Below, one piece after another: positions 28,265 to 37,294 of a DNA stretch of 50,921 bases. Each line of letters starts with the position of its first letter. Position 1 is the stretch's first letter. The DNA lies in NCBI GenBank assembly GCA_944350065.1, contig CALVOD010000002.1, forward strand, positions 1-50,921, written 5' to 3'. This stretch comes from an uncultured Clostridia bacterium. GTDB taxonomy: Bacteria > Bacillota > Clostridia > Christensenellales > DTU072. The translations under genes and the position numbers were made by a program. The notes beneath the pieces were generated by a model. It saw only the letters and a program-made list of their open reading frames with translations. It was not told the DNA's origin and ran no database searches.

Positions 28265-30295
28265 TCACCCCTTGTCGATAATGCCGCGACGGTTTTCCTT
28301 CATTTCTTTGCGGAAAGCCTCGAGCTTCGCTTTCAGCGCGCCCGCTATTTCGGGATAAGTTTTCGAGATATCGTATCCCTCCGCGGGATCGAGATCGAGA
28401 TTGAACAGATAATTGTTGTAGAACTGGTCTATAAACGCCGAATTTTCGGTATGTACCCTGTCGTAGTATTTGAAATCGTATATCTTTCCGTTCAGCTCGC
28501 ACGCCATCTGTATGCCTTGGGTTTTACCCCCTTTCTGATAGTACAGCACGTCGTGCACGCGGGTATCGGCGGGAACCTGCGCAGACCACAGCGACCTTAA
28601 ACTCACCCCGTCGATTATCCTGTCCGACGGCAGCTCCGTTACCCCGCAATAGTCGAGTATCGTGGTAAACAAATCGAAATTCATCGAACTCGCGACTATG
28701 TGTTTCGTGCTGCCGAAACACTCCCTCACCTCGCCTGAATACCTGCCGTCTTCCCCTTTTACCCACTCGAAATAGCTGAATTCTTCGCTCGCGACGGCGC
28801 TGCCCGCGCCGACGCCGCCGTTAGGATAGCTTACGATGAGCGGCACCTTCATTCCGCCTTCGAAGGTGGTGTTCTTTCTGCCGCGCAACGAGCCCGTTAC
28901 CCCCTCTCTGCCCGGTCCGTTGTCGCTCGTGAATATTATGAGAGTATCGTCGTATACCCCTTTACGCTCGAGCGTGTCGAGTATTTCTCCGAGGTACTTG
29001 TCGAATTCCTCTATGCAATCTATATAAGTGTCGTCCGTAACGTCGCCCTTACCGTTGCCGTTGTTGTCCGAGAACAACGGCCAGTGCGGCCACGGCGTAG
29101 TGTAGTACGCGAGGAACTTTTCGCCGTTATCGACGCTCGACTCTATGAATTCGTTCATCTGCTCCGTAAAAATGCGCGTGCTTTCGGACTGGTCGAGGTT
29201 TTCCTCGTGAGTGCGTATTTCGGCGTACGTTTCTCCTTCGGGGTGCCCGGCGCCCGTATCGCGCACCCAGTTATACGGTGTCATGTCGTTGACGTAATAA
29301 CTGCCATAGAAAAGGTCGAAGCCCTGATTGGTCGGCAGATACTCGCCGTAATCGCCTAAATTCCATTTGCCGATACAGGCGGTCGAATAGCCTTTCGCCT
29401 GCAACGCTTCCGCGAAGGTTATCTCGTCGCCCAGAATTCCGTCTACGCTGTTGAGGAACTGATAAGGATTGACGAAGTGGGTGAAGGAATAAGGATCGGA
29501 TTCCACCGTGGTGGGGAAGACTACGTTGTCGAGATAACCGCGCGAAGAATACCTTCCGGTAAGCAGACTGAAACGCGAAGGCGAACACACGGGCGAAGCC
29601 GAATAGAAATTATCCATAACTATACCGCCGTCCGCTATTCTGTCGATATTGGGGGTATTTATCGTGGCGTCGGCGCTTCCGAGGTAGCTGTAGAGCGAAA
29701 TATCGGAATACGCCATATCGTCCATAAGTATCACGAGCACGTTCGGAGCGTCCGCGGATGCCTTAGAAGCGGAAATTTTTGCAAGGTACTCGTCGTGCCC
29801 CTTTTGCAAACTTTCCACGGTAGGCGTAAGCCTCAGGCTCATAAAGAAAAAGTACACGACGGCTACTCCCGCCATCAGTACGGCGGTAACGCTCACGAAA
29901 AGTTTACGGAAGCGCTCGGGAGTGATTCTGTCGGCAAAATATACCGCGACTGCGAGAACGACGGGACCTAAAGAAAGCACGAGGTTCCACCACAGGCGTT
30001 TGCCGAAGTCGTCGGCGCCGCGTATCGCGAAAAGCAAAAAAGTACCGCCTATCGCTACGAGATAGGCTATCCATAAATACAGCGGAACGCCTTTGTCGCG
30101 AACGGCGCGTAGCGCTATGAGCAACGCCGCGGCTACCGCAAGCACCACCGTGAACAGCGGCAAGCTCACGAAACCCGTTGCAAGCGCCACCGCGGCGAGC
30201 GCGCAGGTCACCGCGAGATAAACTATATCGAAAACGCGCTTTTTATAGTCGAAATGTGACGCGCGAACAAATTTTACGATTTTTGTTTTTTCCAT
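28265..30295 (-). CDS. Cys-type (formylglycine) sulfatase with an N-terminal five-helix membrane anchor
   Basis: Residues about 20-155 form five hydrophobic helices. Then come the sulfatase metal motif VLVILMDDMAYSD and a perfect FGly signature, CSPSRFSLLTGR (codon Cys237 at 29585-29587). Confidence 0.85.
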   Translation of the reverse strand: MEKTKIVKFVRASHFDYKKRVFDIVYLAVTCALAAVALATGFVSLPLFTVVLAVAAALLIALRAVRDKGVPLYLWIAYLVAIGGTFLLFAIRGADDFGKRLWWNLVLSLGPVVLAVAVYFADRITPERFRKLFVSVTAVLMAGVAVVYFFFMSLRLTPTVESLQKGHDEYLAKISASKASADAPNVLVILMDDMAYSDISLYSYLGSADATINTPNIDRIADGGIVMDNFYSASPVCSPSRFSLLTGRYSSRGYLDNVVFPTTVESDPYSFTHFVNPYQFLNSVDGILGDEITFAEALQAKGYSTACIGKWNLGDYGEYLPTNQGFDLFYGSYYVNDMTPYNWVRDTGAGHPEGETYAEIRTHEENLDQSESTRIFTEQMNEFIESSVDNGEKFLAYYTTPWPHWPLFSDNNGNGKGDVTDDTYIDCIEEFDKYLGEILDTLERKGVYDDTLIIFTSDNGPGREGVTGSLRGRKNTTFEGGMKVPLIVSYPNGGVGAGSAVASEEFSYFEWVKGEDGRYSGEVRECFGSTKHIVASSMNFDLFTTILDYCGVTELPSDRIIDGVSLRSLWSAQVPADTRVHDVLYYQKGGKTQGIQMACELNGKIYDFKYYDRVHTENSAFIDQFYNNYLFNLDLDPAEGYDISKTYPEIAGALKAKLEAFRKEMKENRRGIIDKG

Positions 30296-30327
30296 AGTGT
30301 CCGCTCCGCTTAATACTTAACGGGGAT

Positions 30328-30356
30328 ATTTTACTATATTTCCGCGATAATTGCAA
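30328..30356 (-). promoter_or_regulatory. Candidate promoter of the sulfatase-anSME operon
   Basis: The minus strand reads TTGCAA, a 17-nt spacer, then TAAAAT. GGAG lies 8 nt before the ATG at 30295. Confidence 0.4.
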
Positions 30357-30380
30357 TACGCTTCCGCTTATGCGTATATT
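30351..30380 (+). promoter_or_regulatory. Candidate promoter of the divergent membrane-protein gene
   Basis: TTGCAA, an 18-nt spacer, then TATATT. The palindromic TTGCAA hexamer is the same one used as the -35 on the other strand. Confidence 0.4.
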
Positions 30381-30423
30381 TACCTTCGGAGGGGACACAA
30401 TATACCCGAGAGGTGAAAAAATT

Positions 30424-31047
30424 ATGTTGATCAGTATGATAATTCTCGGAGTGCTCGGACTTATGGTAATAGTCGGACTCGGCAGACCTATACTCAAAGA
30501 CTTCCGCGTTCACTGGCTCGCAGCTTTGGCGTTTTTCGCGCTCGTCATAGGGTTGAATTTCATTCCGCTCATTACGATAGGAAGTTTCACTTTCAGCGTG
30601 GGAACGGCTTTATTCTACCTTACCGCGTTCGCGATGTTCTTCGTATACGGTAAGTTCCCCACTCAGATGACGGCAATGGCTTTGGGACTTATTCTCGGCG
30701 GTCTCATTTACGCCGCGACGCGCCTGAGCCTGCTAAGCGGCAACGCCTTCTTCGCGACTACCAACTACGTCTACGCTCTCGTGCTTGGTACGATTACCTT
30801 CCTCGTGACGCGCAACGGCAAATACTCTTTCCTTTCCGCGGCGATAGCGATGCTGCTCGCAAACCTGCTCGTGCAAATCGGCTCGCCCATCGGTCTCAAC
30901 TACGGTTTCGACTGGACTCTCGTGGCTTGCGGAACGGCGTTCACGATGTATGCGCTCACCCGCCTCATAATAGACTTTGCGAAAAAGAAAAGCGGCAAAA
31001 AAAGCAAACTCGCCCACATGTTCGAAGCGGACAGACTGGACGACTGA
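30424..31047 (+). CDS. Hypothetical polytopic membrane protein
   Basis: About 6 hydrophobic helices with a basic tail (KKKSGKKSK). The ATG at 30424 is preceded by AGGTGA; the tracked start at 30370 lies inside the predicted promoter. Confidence 0.65.
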   Translation: MLISMIILGVLGLMVIVGLGRPILKDFRVHWLAALAFFALVIGLNFIPLITIGSFTFSVGTALFYLTAFAMFFVYGKFPTQMTAMALGLILGGLIYAATRLSLLSGNAFFATTNYVYALVLGTITFLVTRNGKYSFLSAAIAMLLANLLVQIGSPIGLNYGFDWTLVACGTAFTMYALTRLIIDFAKKKSGKKSKLAHMFEADRLDD

Positions 31048-31057
31048 CGCTCCTTAA

Positions 31058-31091
31058 CCGAAAAGCGACGGACGCCCATACGGGCGTCCGT
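31058..31091 (-). terminator. GC hairpin between convergent genes
   Basis: Stem ACGGACGCCC / GGGCGTCCGT with a 4-nt loop. On the minus strand it is followed by CGCTTTTCGG; there is no T-tract on the plus strand. Confidence 0.4.
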
Positions 31092-31175
31092 AAGCGGCGG
31101 CAGTACATATATTCAAAAATCCTACCGCTTATAAGGGCTACCGAAAATCGAATTACGGTTGCCCTTTTATTAGAT

Positions 31176-32243
31176 TTATAGAAGTTTAACCAATTCTTTG
31201 CCGACGCTTCTTACGGAAGTCAACGCGGAAAGTTTACGCACCGCTTCGAATTTTTCGTCGGGGTAATGCCTTAAAAATCTCGTCAGTCTGTGTCTGTCCG
31301 AGCAGTCCGCGGTTATGCCCGCAAGGAAGGCGGCGTTCCTTCTCTCTATCGCGCTCGAAGGCTCCCACAAAGCTATCAGTTTACCCGTCTCGCGCGCCGC
31401 CGCCACGAAATAAGAATTAGGCGGAGTAAGCACCACGTCAGCCGCGGCGTAAAGTGTCTCTATCGACGTACCTTCGTTGTACGCCGCGAGCGAAGCCCCC
31501 ACCGCCTGCGAATACGCCGCCCTGTTCATTCCCGTGTACACAAGGATATTGAATTTGTCTTTATATGCGGCAAGCGTTTCGAATTGCGCGTCGCCCTTTT
31601 CTTCGAACGCCACGCTAAGCAGCGTAGGCAATTTTTTCTCGAGCCTCATGTCGTCAAGCACCTTCGCCTGCGGCGGCGCCTCGACAAAGCTCTTTCTCAC
31701 GGGTATGTCCGCAAGCGTTATACGCCCTTCTTTGACGTAATTGTTCACGAGGGTGGTCTTTACCGCCATGTTTTCGACGACGTACGCGTCTATGTAAGTG
31801 TTGATAAGCTGCCTGTTCAGCGCGTAATCGTCTATCACCGAAGCTATGCGCGTTTTCGCCCCCAGCTTATCCCTCACCGCTACCGCCTCGTTGAACGCCC
31901 CGTACCCTATCGTCACCACGAGATCGGGCGTGTATCTGTTGAAAATGTTCTCCATTTTCTTATAGGAGTTCTGCAATTTGTACGCGTTGGTCGATTTGGG
32001 AGTCTCGTCTATTTTGCGCGCAAGCCTGCGCTCCTCGCGTACCGCGCGGTTTTTCTCGAAATTGACCTTCAGCTTGAACACGTTCTCGATATAATCGCGC
32101 ACCGCGTCGGCGTGAAGCTCGAGGTCGTCGATTATTATCACGACGGCGTCCGCGAGCTCCTCGAGGATCTGCTCCTTTACCGCGGACGCGCTAAGCGCCC
32201 GCACGGCGTCGGTGAATATGAGCACTGTCGTTTTGTTTTGCAT
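31176..32243 (-). CDS. MGDG-synthase/UgtP-like (GT28-type, GT-B fold) protein, divergent
   Basis: By eye, its layout parallels B. subtilis UgtP: PDLVVTIGYG...IASVIDDYALNRQLINTYIDAYVVENMAVKTTLV...ITLADIPVR, and a C-terminal ADVVLTPPNSYFVAAARETGKLIALWEP. The N-terminal G-rich motif is not evident. Confidence 0.4.
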   Translation of the reverse strand: MQNKTTVLIFTDAVRALSASAVKEQILEELADAVVIIIDDLELHADAVRDYIENVFKLKVNFEKNRAVREERRLARKIDETPKSTNAYKLQNSYKKMENIFNRYTPDLVVTIGYGAFNEAVAVRDKLGAKTRIASVIDDYALNRQLINTYIDAYVVENMAVKTTLVNNYVKEGRITLADIPVRKSFVEAPPQAKVLDDMRLEKKLPTLLSVAFEEKGDAQFETLAAYKDKFNILVYTGMNRAAYSQAVGASLAAYNEGTSIETLYAAADVVLTPPNSYFVAAARETGKLIALWEPSSAIERRNAAFLAGITADCSDRHRLTRFLRHYPDEKFEAVRKLSALTSVRSVGKELVKLL

Positions 32244-32285
32244 ACTACCCTTTAATTTTCGCTTTCTTTCGGACCGTTCCGCCCG

Positions 32286-34157
32286 TCACGACGTTATGAT
32301 TATCGGCACGATGAGCGGACAACGCTTCAGCCTGTTATAAAACATTTTCGTCATTGTCTTGCGTACGGACTTGTCCATATCCTCCGCCGTAAGCTCACGG
32401 AAATCTCCGCCCGCTATCTTATATTGTACGGCGCTCTTTATCTCGTTAAGAAGTTTGTCCGGTATCTGCGTACCCTTGCACAGTATGTCTATGCTGCCCT
32501 CAGCGTTCTCCTCGTCGGGAACGGTCACCACCGCTATCACGATGCCTTCGGAAGCTATCTTGCGCCTGTCTATCAGAGTTTCTTCGCCTTCCTCGGTGTC
32601 GCCCACGAGCATCACGGCGCCCGACTTCACGTTGTCGAGCCGCTTCAGTCCCCTCGCACTCACTTCGACGCAATATCCGAGTTCGGGTATCAGAATATTC
32701 TCTCTCGGTATCCCCATCGTCTCCGCAAGCTCCGCGTGCTTCTTGAGATGACGGTATTCGCCGTGCACCGGTATGAAGTATTCGGGCTTTAATAACGCCA
32801 TCATCATTTTAAGTTCTTCCTGACAGGCGTGCCCGGAGCTGTGCACTTCGTATAGGCTTTCGTATATGACCTTGGCGCCCTTCTTGCAAAGGTTGTTGAT
32901 AACCTTGTATATGCTGCGCTCGTTGCCGGGTATAGGCGACGCGGAGAGAATGACGGTGTCGTTTTCTCCGATTACGATTTTCTTGAAATCGTCCTGACTC
33001 ATTCGCGTAAGCGCGCTTTCCGGTTCGCCCTGCGTACCCGTGGCTATTATACAGACCTTGTCGTAAGGCACGCCGCTCACCTTATCGAAATCGATAACCT
33101 TATCCTGCGGGAAACGCAATTCCTTTATCTTTTGCGCTATCTCCGTCATGTACTGCATGCTCTTGCCGTTCAAAGCGATTTTTCTTCCGTACTTGATGGC
33201 GACGTCGATTATCTGTTGCACACGGTGAATGTTGCTTGCGAAAGTGGCTACGATTATTCTGTTCGCGCGATTGTCGTTAAATACCGCGTCGAGACTTTTG
33301 CCCACGGCGGATTCGCTCATCGTATAACCCCTGCGCTCGACGTTGGTGCTGTCCTGCAACAGAAGTTTCACGCCGCGCTTACCTATTTCCGCTATGCGCG
33401 TGAGCGCTATGTGCCTGCCGTCTACGGGAGTATGGTCTATCTTGAAATCCCCCGTGAAAAACACTACGCCTTCAGGCGTTTCTATCGACAACGCGAGCGA
33501 GCCCGCAACGGAATGAGTGACCGCCACGAATTCCACCTTGAAAGGTCCTATCTCCGCTATCTCGCCGTCTTCCACCACTCTGCAAGCCGCTTCCTTGAAT
33601 TTGTTGCGGCGTAATTTATGCTCGAGGAAGGCGCAAGATACGTTGCTCCCGTATACCGGCACGGGGAAATCTTTGAGAAAATAAGGAAGTCCGCCGAGAT
33701 GGTCTTCGTGAGCGTGCGTAAGCATCACCGCTTTCACTTTCGAACGGTTCTCCTCGAGATATGTGTAATCGGGAATTATACTGTCTATGCCGGGAGTGAT
33801 CTCGTTGTCCGGAAACGCCATACCCGCGTCCACCACGATTATGGTGTCGCCGTATTCGAGCGCCGTCATGTTTTTGCCTATTTCGCCTACGCCCCCGAGG
33901 AATATGAGCTTGAGCTGTCCGTTCTTTCCGTAACGCGCCCCGACGCCCTTCTTTCTCTTGCCTTTAGCTGCGGGCGCGGTCTCGCTTACCGCCGCGCTTT
34001 GCGCTTTCCTTTTGCTGCGGACTTTCTCTGCGGATCCGCTCCTTTCGCGAGCCTTGCGCTTCTCCGCTTTGTCCGCTCCGCCCGTTGAGCCGCGTAAAGA
34101 TTTCTTTTCGCCCTTAATTTGTTCTTTGTTTCTGTCCTGTTTATCCGTTTTTGCCAA
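32286..34157 (-). CDS. rnj: Ribonuclease J with a basic N-terminal extension
   Basis: Metallo-beta-lactamase/beta-CASP: LGGVGEIGKNM, HAHEDHLGG and HSSGHA. Preceded by a Lys/Arg/Ala-rich extension of about 78 residues with no alternative start codon. Confidence 0.9.
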   Translation of the reverse strand: MAKTDKQDRNKEQIKGEKKSLRGSTGGADKAEKRKARERSGSAEKVRSKRKAQSAAVSETAPAAKGKRKKGVGARYGKNGQLKLIFLGGVGEIGKNMTALEYGDTIIVVDAGMAFPDNEITPGIDSIIPDYTYLEENRSKVKAVMLTHAHEDHLGGLPYFLKDFPVPVYGSNVSCAFLEHKLRRNKFKEAACRVVEDGEIAEIGPFKVEFVAVTHSVAGSLALSIETPEGVVFFTGDFKIDHTPVDGRHIALTRIAEIGKRGVKLLLQDSTNVERRGYTMSESAVGKSLDAVFNDNRANRIIVATFASNIHRVQQIIDVAIKYGRKIALNGKSMQYMTEIAQKIKELRFPQDKVIDFDKVSGVPYDKVCIIATGTQGEPESALTRMSQDDFKKIVIGENDTVILSASPIPGNERSIYKVINNLCKKGAKVIYESLYEVHSSGHACQEELKMMMALLKPEYFIPVHGEYRHLKKHAELAETMGIPRENILIPELGYCVEVSARGLKRLDNVKSGAVMLVGDTEEGEETLIDRRKIASEGIVIAVVTVPDEENAEGSIDILCKGTQIPDKLLNEIKSAVQYKIAGGDFRELTAEDMDKSVRKTMTKMFYNRLKRCPLIVPIIITS

Positions 34158-34303
34158 TGTTTATCCCTTCCATAATATTTTTTCGAATATTTTTAAACCG
34201 CATACCGCGCCCGTGCGCGAAACGCCACAATTTTTTTATTATATTATATATTATATATTACCTTTTAGCAAGCAATATTTCAACCCGAAATACCCCCGAA
34301 TAA

Positions 34304-34332
34304 TAGACATACAGAAGTAATTGTTGTATAAT
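34304..34332 (+). promoter_or_regulatory. Sigma-A-type promoter for serC-serA
   Basis: TAGACA, a 17-nt spacer, then TATAAT, with TG immediately upstream of the -10. It lies about 35 nt before the serC ATG, and GGAAGGA serves as the SD. Confidence 0.5.
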
Positions 34333-34366
34333 TTCATCATATTATTAAACTTTAAGGAAGGATAAT

Positions 34367-35440
34367 ATGAAAGTTTACAATTTTTCCGCAGGTCCCAGCA
34401 TGCTGCCCGAAGAAGTTAAACTCTCCGCGCAGAAAGATTTTCTCGATTACGAAGGCTCCGGTATGTCCGTAACCGAAATGAGCCACCGCTCCAAATGGTA
34501 CGACGCCATCCACCGGGAAGCCCTCGCTTCCTTGCGTAAACTGATGAATATCGGCGACGATTACGACGTATTATTCGTTCAGGGCGGCGCGAGCCAGCAG
34601 TTCGCGGCAGTCCCGCTCAACCTCCTCGTAAACGGCAAAGCCGACTATATCGTGACCGGCAACTTCGCAGGAAAAGCCGCCAAAGAAGCCGCTAAATACG
34701 GCGATTGCGTGGTCGCGGCGAGCTCCAAAGACAAGGTTTTCACCTACATTCCCGAAGGCGTTAAATTCCGCGACGGTATCGACTACGTCCATATCACGCA
34801 GAACAACACCATTTTCGGTACCCGTTACACCGAGCGCACCTTCCCCGTGGCGAATTGCCCTATCGTATCCGATATGTCGAGTATGATTTTGAGCGAAGAA
34901 GTGGACGTCAACAAATACGGACTCATTTACGCGGGCGCCCAGAAGAATATCGCTCCCGCGGGACTTACCATAGTCATCGTGCGTAAAGACCTCGTCGGTC
35001 ACGAGAAAGACTATTGCCCGACGATGCTTTCCTACAAAACTCAAGCCGACGCGGACAGCCTTTACAACACTCCCCCCTGCTTCGCTATATATATGGCGAT
35101 GCTCGTGTTCCGTCACCTCCTCAAGCTCGGCGGCGTGAAAGAGATTCAGAAGATAAACGAATACAAAGCGAAAATGCTTTACGATTTCATCGACAATTCC
35201 TCTTTCTACACCAACCCCGTCAAGCCCGAAGACCGTTCGCTGATGAACGTGCCTTTCGTAACCGGCTCGGACGAACTCAACGCGAAATTCGTCAAGGAAG
35301 CGGAGAAAGCGGGACTGGTATCCATCAAGGGACACAAACTCGTAGGCGGAATGCGCGCGAGCATTTACAACGCAATGCCCGTAGAAGGCGTGGAAGCGCT
35401 CATCGCGTTCATGAAGAAATTCGAACTGGAGAACAAATAA
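34367..35440 (+). CDS. serC: Phosphoserine aminotransferase
   Basis: MKVYNFSAGPSMLPEEV N-terminus, 357 aa, followed by serA. Confidence 0.93.
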   Translation: MKVYNFSAGPSMLPEEVKLSAQKDFLDYEGSGMSVTEMSHRSKWYDAIHREALASLRKLMNIGDDYDVLFVQGGASQQFAAVPLNLLVNGKADYIVTGNFAGKAAKEAAKYGDCVVAASSKDKVFTYIPEGVKFRDGIDYVHITQNNTIFGTRYTERTFPVANCPIVSDMSSMILSEEVDVNKYGLIYAGAQKNIAPAGLTIVIVRKDLVGHEKDYCPTMLSYKTQADADSLYNTPPCFAIYMAMLVFRHLLKLGGVKEIQKINEYKAKMLYDFIDNSSFYTNPVKPEDRSLMNVPFVTGSDELNAKFVKEAEKAGLVSIKGHKLVGGMRASIYNAMPVEGVEALIAFMKKFELENK

Positions 35441-35441
35441 T

Positions 35442-36596
35442 ATGTACGATATCCTCACTCTGAATTCGATAAGCGATAAAATCTTTACGGTTTTTGACGA
35501 AAACTATGCCGTGAGCAAGGATTGCGCGTCGCCCGATGCCATACTGGTACGTTCCTTCAAAATGGACGAGTACGAGATAAACGACAATCTTCTCGCTATC
35601 GGCAGAGCGGGCGCGGGCGTGAACAACATACCCGTTGCGCGCATGACCGAATCGGGAATCTGCGTTTTCAACACCCCCGGCGCCAACGCAAACGCCGTCA
35701 AGGAGCTCGTGATATGCGGAATGCTTCTTGCTTCGCGCGACATTATCGGCGGCAACGCATGGGCTAACGGGCTCAAAGGCGACGACGTCGCCAAGCAAGT
35801 CGAAAAAGGCAAGAGCGCTTTCGGCGGTATCGAAATCGAAGGCAAAACTCTCGGTATCATCGGACTCGGCGCGATAGGCGTGAAAGTGGCTTGCGCGGCA
35901 AAAGCACTCGGCATGAGTATCGTGGGATACGACCCCTATCTTTCCGAAGCCAACAAGGCGCGTCTTCCCGAAGGAACGAAGATAGCGGCTTCGCCTGAGG
36001 AAATATATCCCGTAGCAGATTTCATCACCCTGCACGTTCCCCTTCTCGACTCCACCCGCGAAATGATTAACGCTACCTCCGTAGCCGCGATGAAAGCGGG
36101 CGTGGTCATTCTCAATATGGCGCGCGGCGAGCTTGCGAACATCGCCGACGTCAAAGAAGGTATCGCCGCAGGCAAGATACGCAATTACGTAGTGGACTTC
36201 CCTAACGGAGATTGCCTCAACACCAAAGGCATCATCGTTATCCCGCACCTCGGCGCGAGCACCGCGGAAGCGGAAGACAACTGTGCGGTGATGGCGGCTT
36301 CTCAGATCAAGGATTATCTCGAGAACGGCAACGTCGTCAACAGCGTCAACTTCCCCGTCCTCAAATGCGAGCGCACCGGCAACGAGCGTCTGACCGTCGT
36401 GTATAAGGCGGGCGCGGGCGTTCCCGAAGCCGTCGAAAAGATACTCGCCGGTAAGAAATTCGTTCTCAATAAAGCCGAACGCGGTAGCCTCGGCTACGCA
36501 ATCGTCGATATCGACGACGTATGCAACGGCGGCGAGGACTGCGTTCTCAACGCTATGAGCGAGCTTGACGACGTTATCAGCGTAAGAGTGCTTTGA
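35442..36596 (+). CDS. serA: D-3-phosphoglycerate dehydrogenase (2-hydroxyacid dehydrogenase with a C-terminal ACT-like domain)
   Basis: NAD fold GIIGLGAIGVKVA, catalytic region ARGELA...PHLGAST. Starts 1 nt after serC. Confidence 0.88.
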   Translation: MYDILTLNSISDKIFTVFDENYAVSKDCASPDAILVRSFKMDEYEINDNLLAIGRAGAGVNNIPVARMTESGICVFNTPGANANAVKELVICGMLLASRDIIGGNAWANGLKGDDVAKQVEKGKSAFGGIEIEGKTLGIIGLGAIGVKVACAAKALGMSIVGYDPYLSEANKARLPEGTKIAASPEEIYPVADFITLHVPLLDSTREMINATSVAAMKAGVVILNMARGELANIADVKEGIAAGKIRNYVVDFPNGDCLNTKGIIVIPHLGASTAEAEDNCAVMAASQIKDYLENGNVVNSVNFPVLKCERTGNERLTVVYKAGAGVPEAVEKILAGKKFVLNKAERGSLGYAIVDIDDVCNGGEDCVLNAMSELDDVISVRVL

Positions 36597-36644
36597 TATA
36601 GCGCGCAACAGACATCTGTTTCGCGCCCTATTACCGGACAAGTT

Positions 36645-36676
36645 TCGACCGCCTTATCGGGCGGTCGAATTTTTTA
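36645..36676 (+). terminator. Rho-independent terminator of serC-serA
   Basis: Stem TCGACCGCC / GGCGGTCGA with a 6-nt loop, followed by ATTTTTT. Confidence 0.7.
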
Positions 36677-36746
36677 TATTGATAAGTTTTAATCAGTATG
36701 ATATAATTCTTATACAAAAATATTTAATTTTTTAAGGAGGTAAATT

Positions 36747-37178
36747 ATGCCTTGGTGGGTGTACGTCATCATAGCCTTAGTCGCTCTCGTTATCCTCATA
36801 GTCATCGCGAATAAAATAAACCGCGCTTTCCTGCGCCGCTACGGCGTCAGCCTTTTCGTCGGCGGCTTCTTTTCTCTTATCGCAGCAGGCTGTATCGCGG
36901 GAGGGATTTTCCTTGTAGCCGGCGAATCCGCCATAGGCTGGGGACTCGTCGGTTTAGGCGCGGTGATATTGCTTATCGTAGCCGTATTCGATTTCAAGCG
37001 TTGCGGCTTCGGAGCGGGATTGCTCGCATTGCTCTTACAAATAATATTCTGCGCCGCGAGCATACTTATAGTCGTCGACCTGATATTCAATCACGGCAGA
37101 TCCACTTTCGGCTCACGCGTGAAATCCTCACGGGCGCACAACGAATATCTCGCCGGAAGAAGGCGCGAAGAAGAATAG
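36747..37178 (+). CDS. Hypothetical small membrane protein
   Basis: 143 aa, four hydrophobic helices and a basic tail. GGAGG lies 8 nt upstream of the ATG. Confidence 0.62.
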   Translation: MPWWVYVIIALVALVILIVIANKINRAFLRRYGVSLFVGGFFSLIAAGCIAGGIFLVAGESAIGWGLVGLGAVILLIVAVFDFKRCGFGAGLLALLLQIIFCAASILIVVDLIFNHGRSTFGSRVKSSRAHNEYLAGRRREEE

Positions 37179-37217
37179 AATATTTATTCGATTTTAATAT
37201 ATGTATATAAACCGAAA

Positions 37218-37250
37218 CAAGCGCGGCAAAAGCCGCGCTTGTCGTTTTCT
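37218..37250 (+). terminator. Terminator shared by convergent genes
   Basis: Stem CAAGCGCGGC / GCCGCGCTTG with an AAAA loop, followed by TCGTTTTCT. It lies between the 37178 and 37295 gene ends. Confidence 0.65.
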
Positions 37251-37294
37251 ATGTCAGCAAATCATTTCGCTTTTTTGCAAATACGGTTTTCGCT

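Noticed and set aside
34230-34260. A TA-rich low-complexity run (TTTTTTTATTATATTATATATTATATATTA).
   Set aside because: It is not a spaced repeat or a CRISPR-like array. It is ordinary AT-rich DNA in the divergent rnj / serC promoter region.
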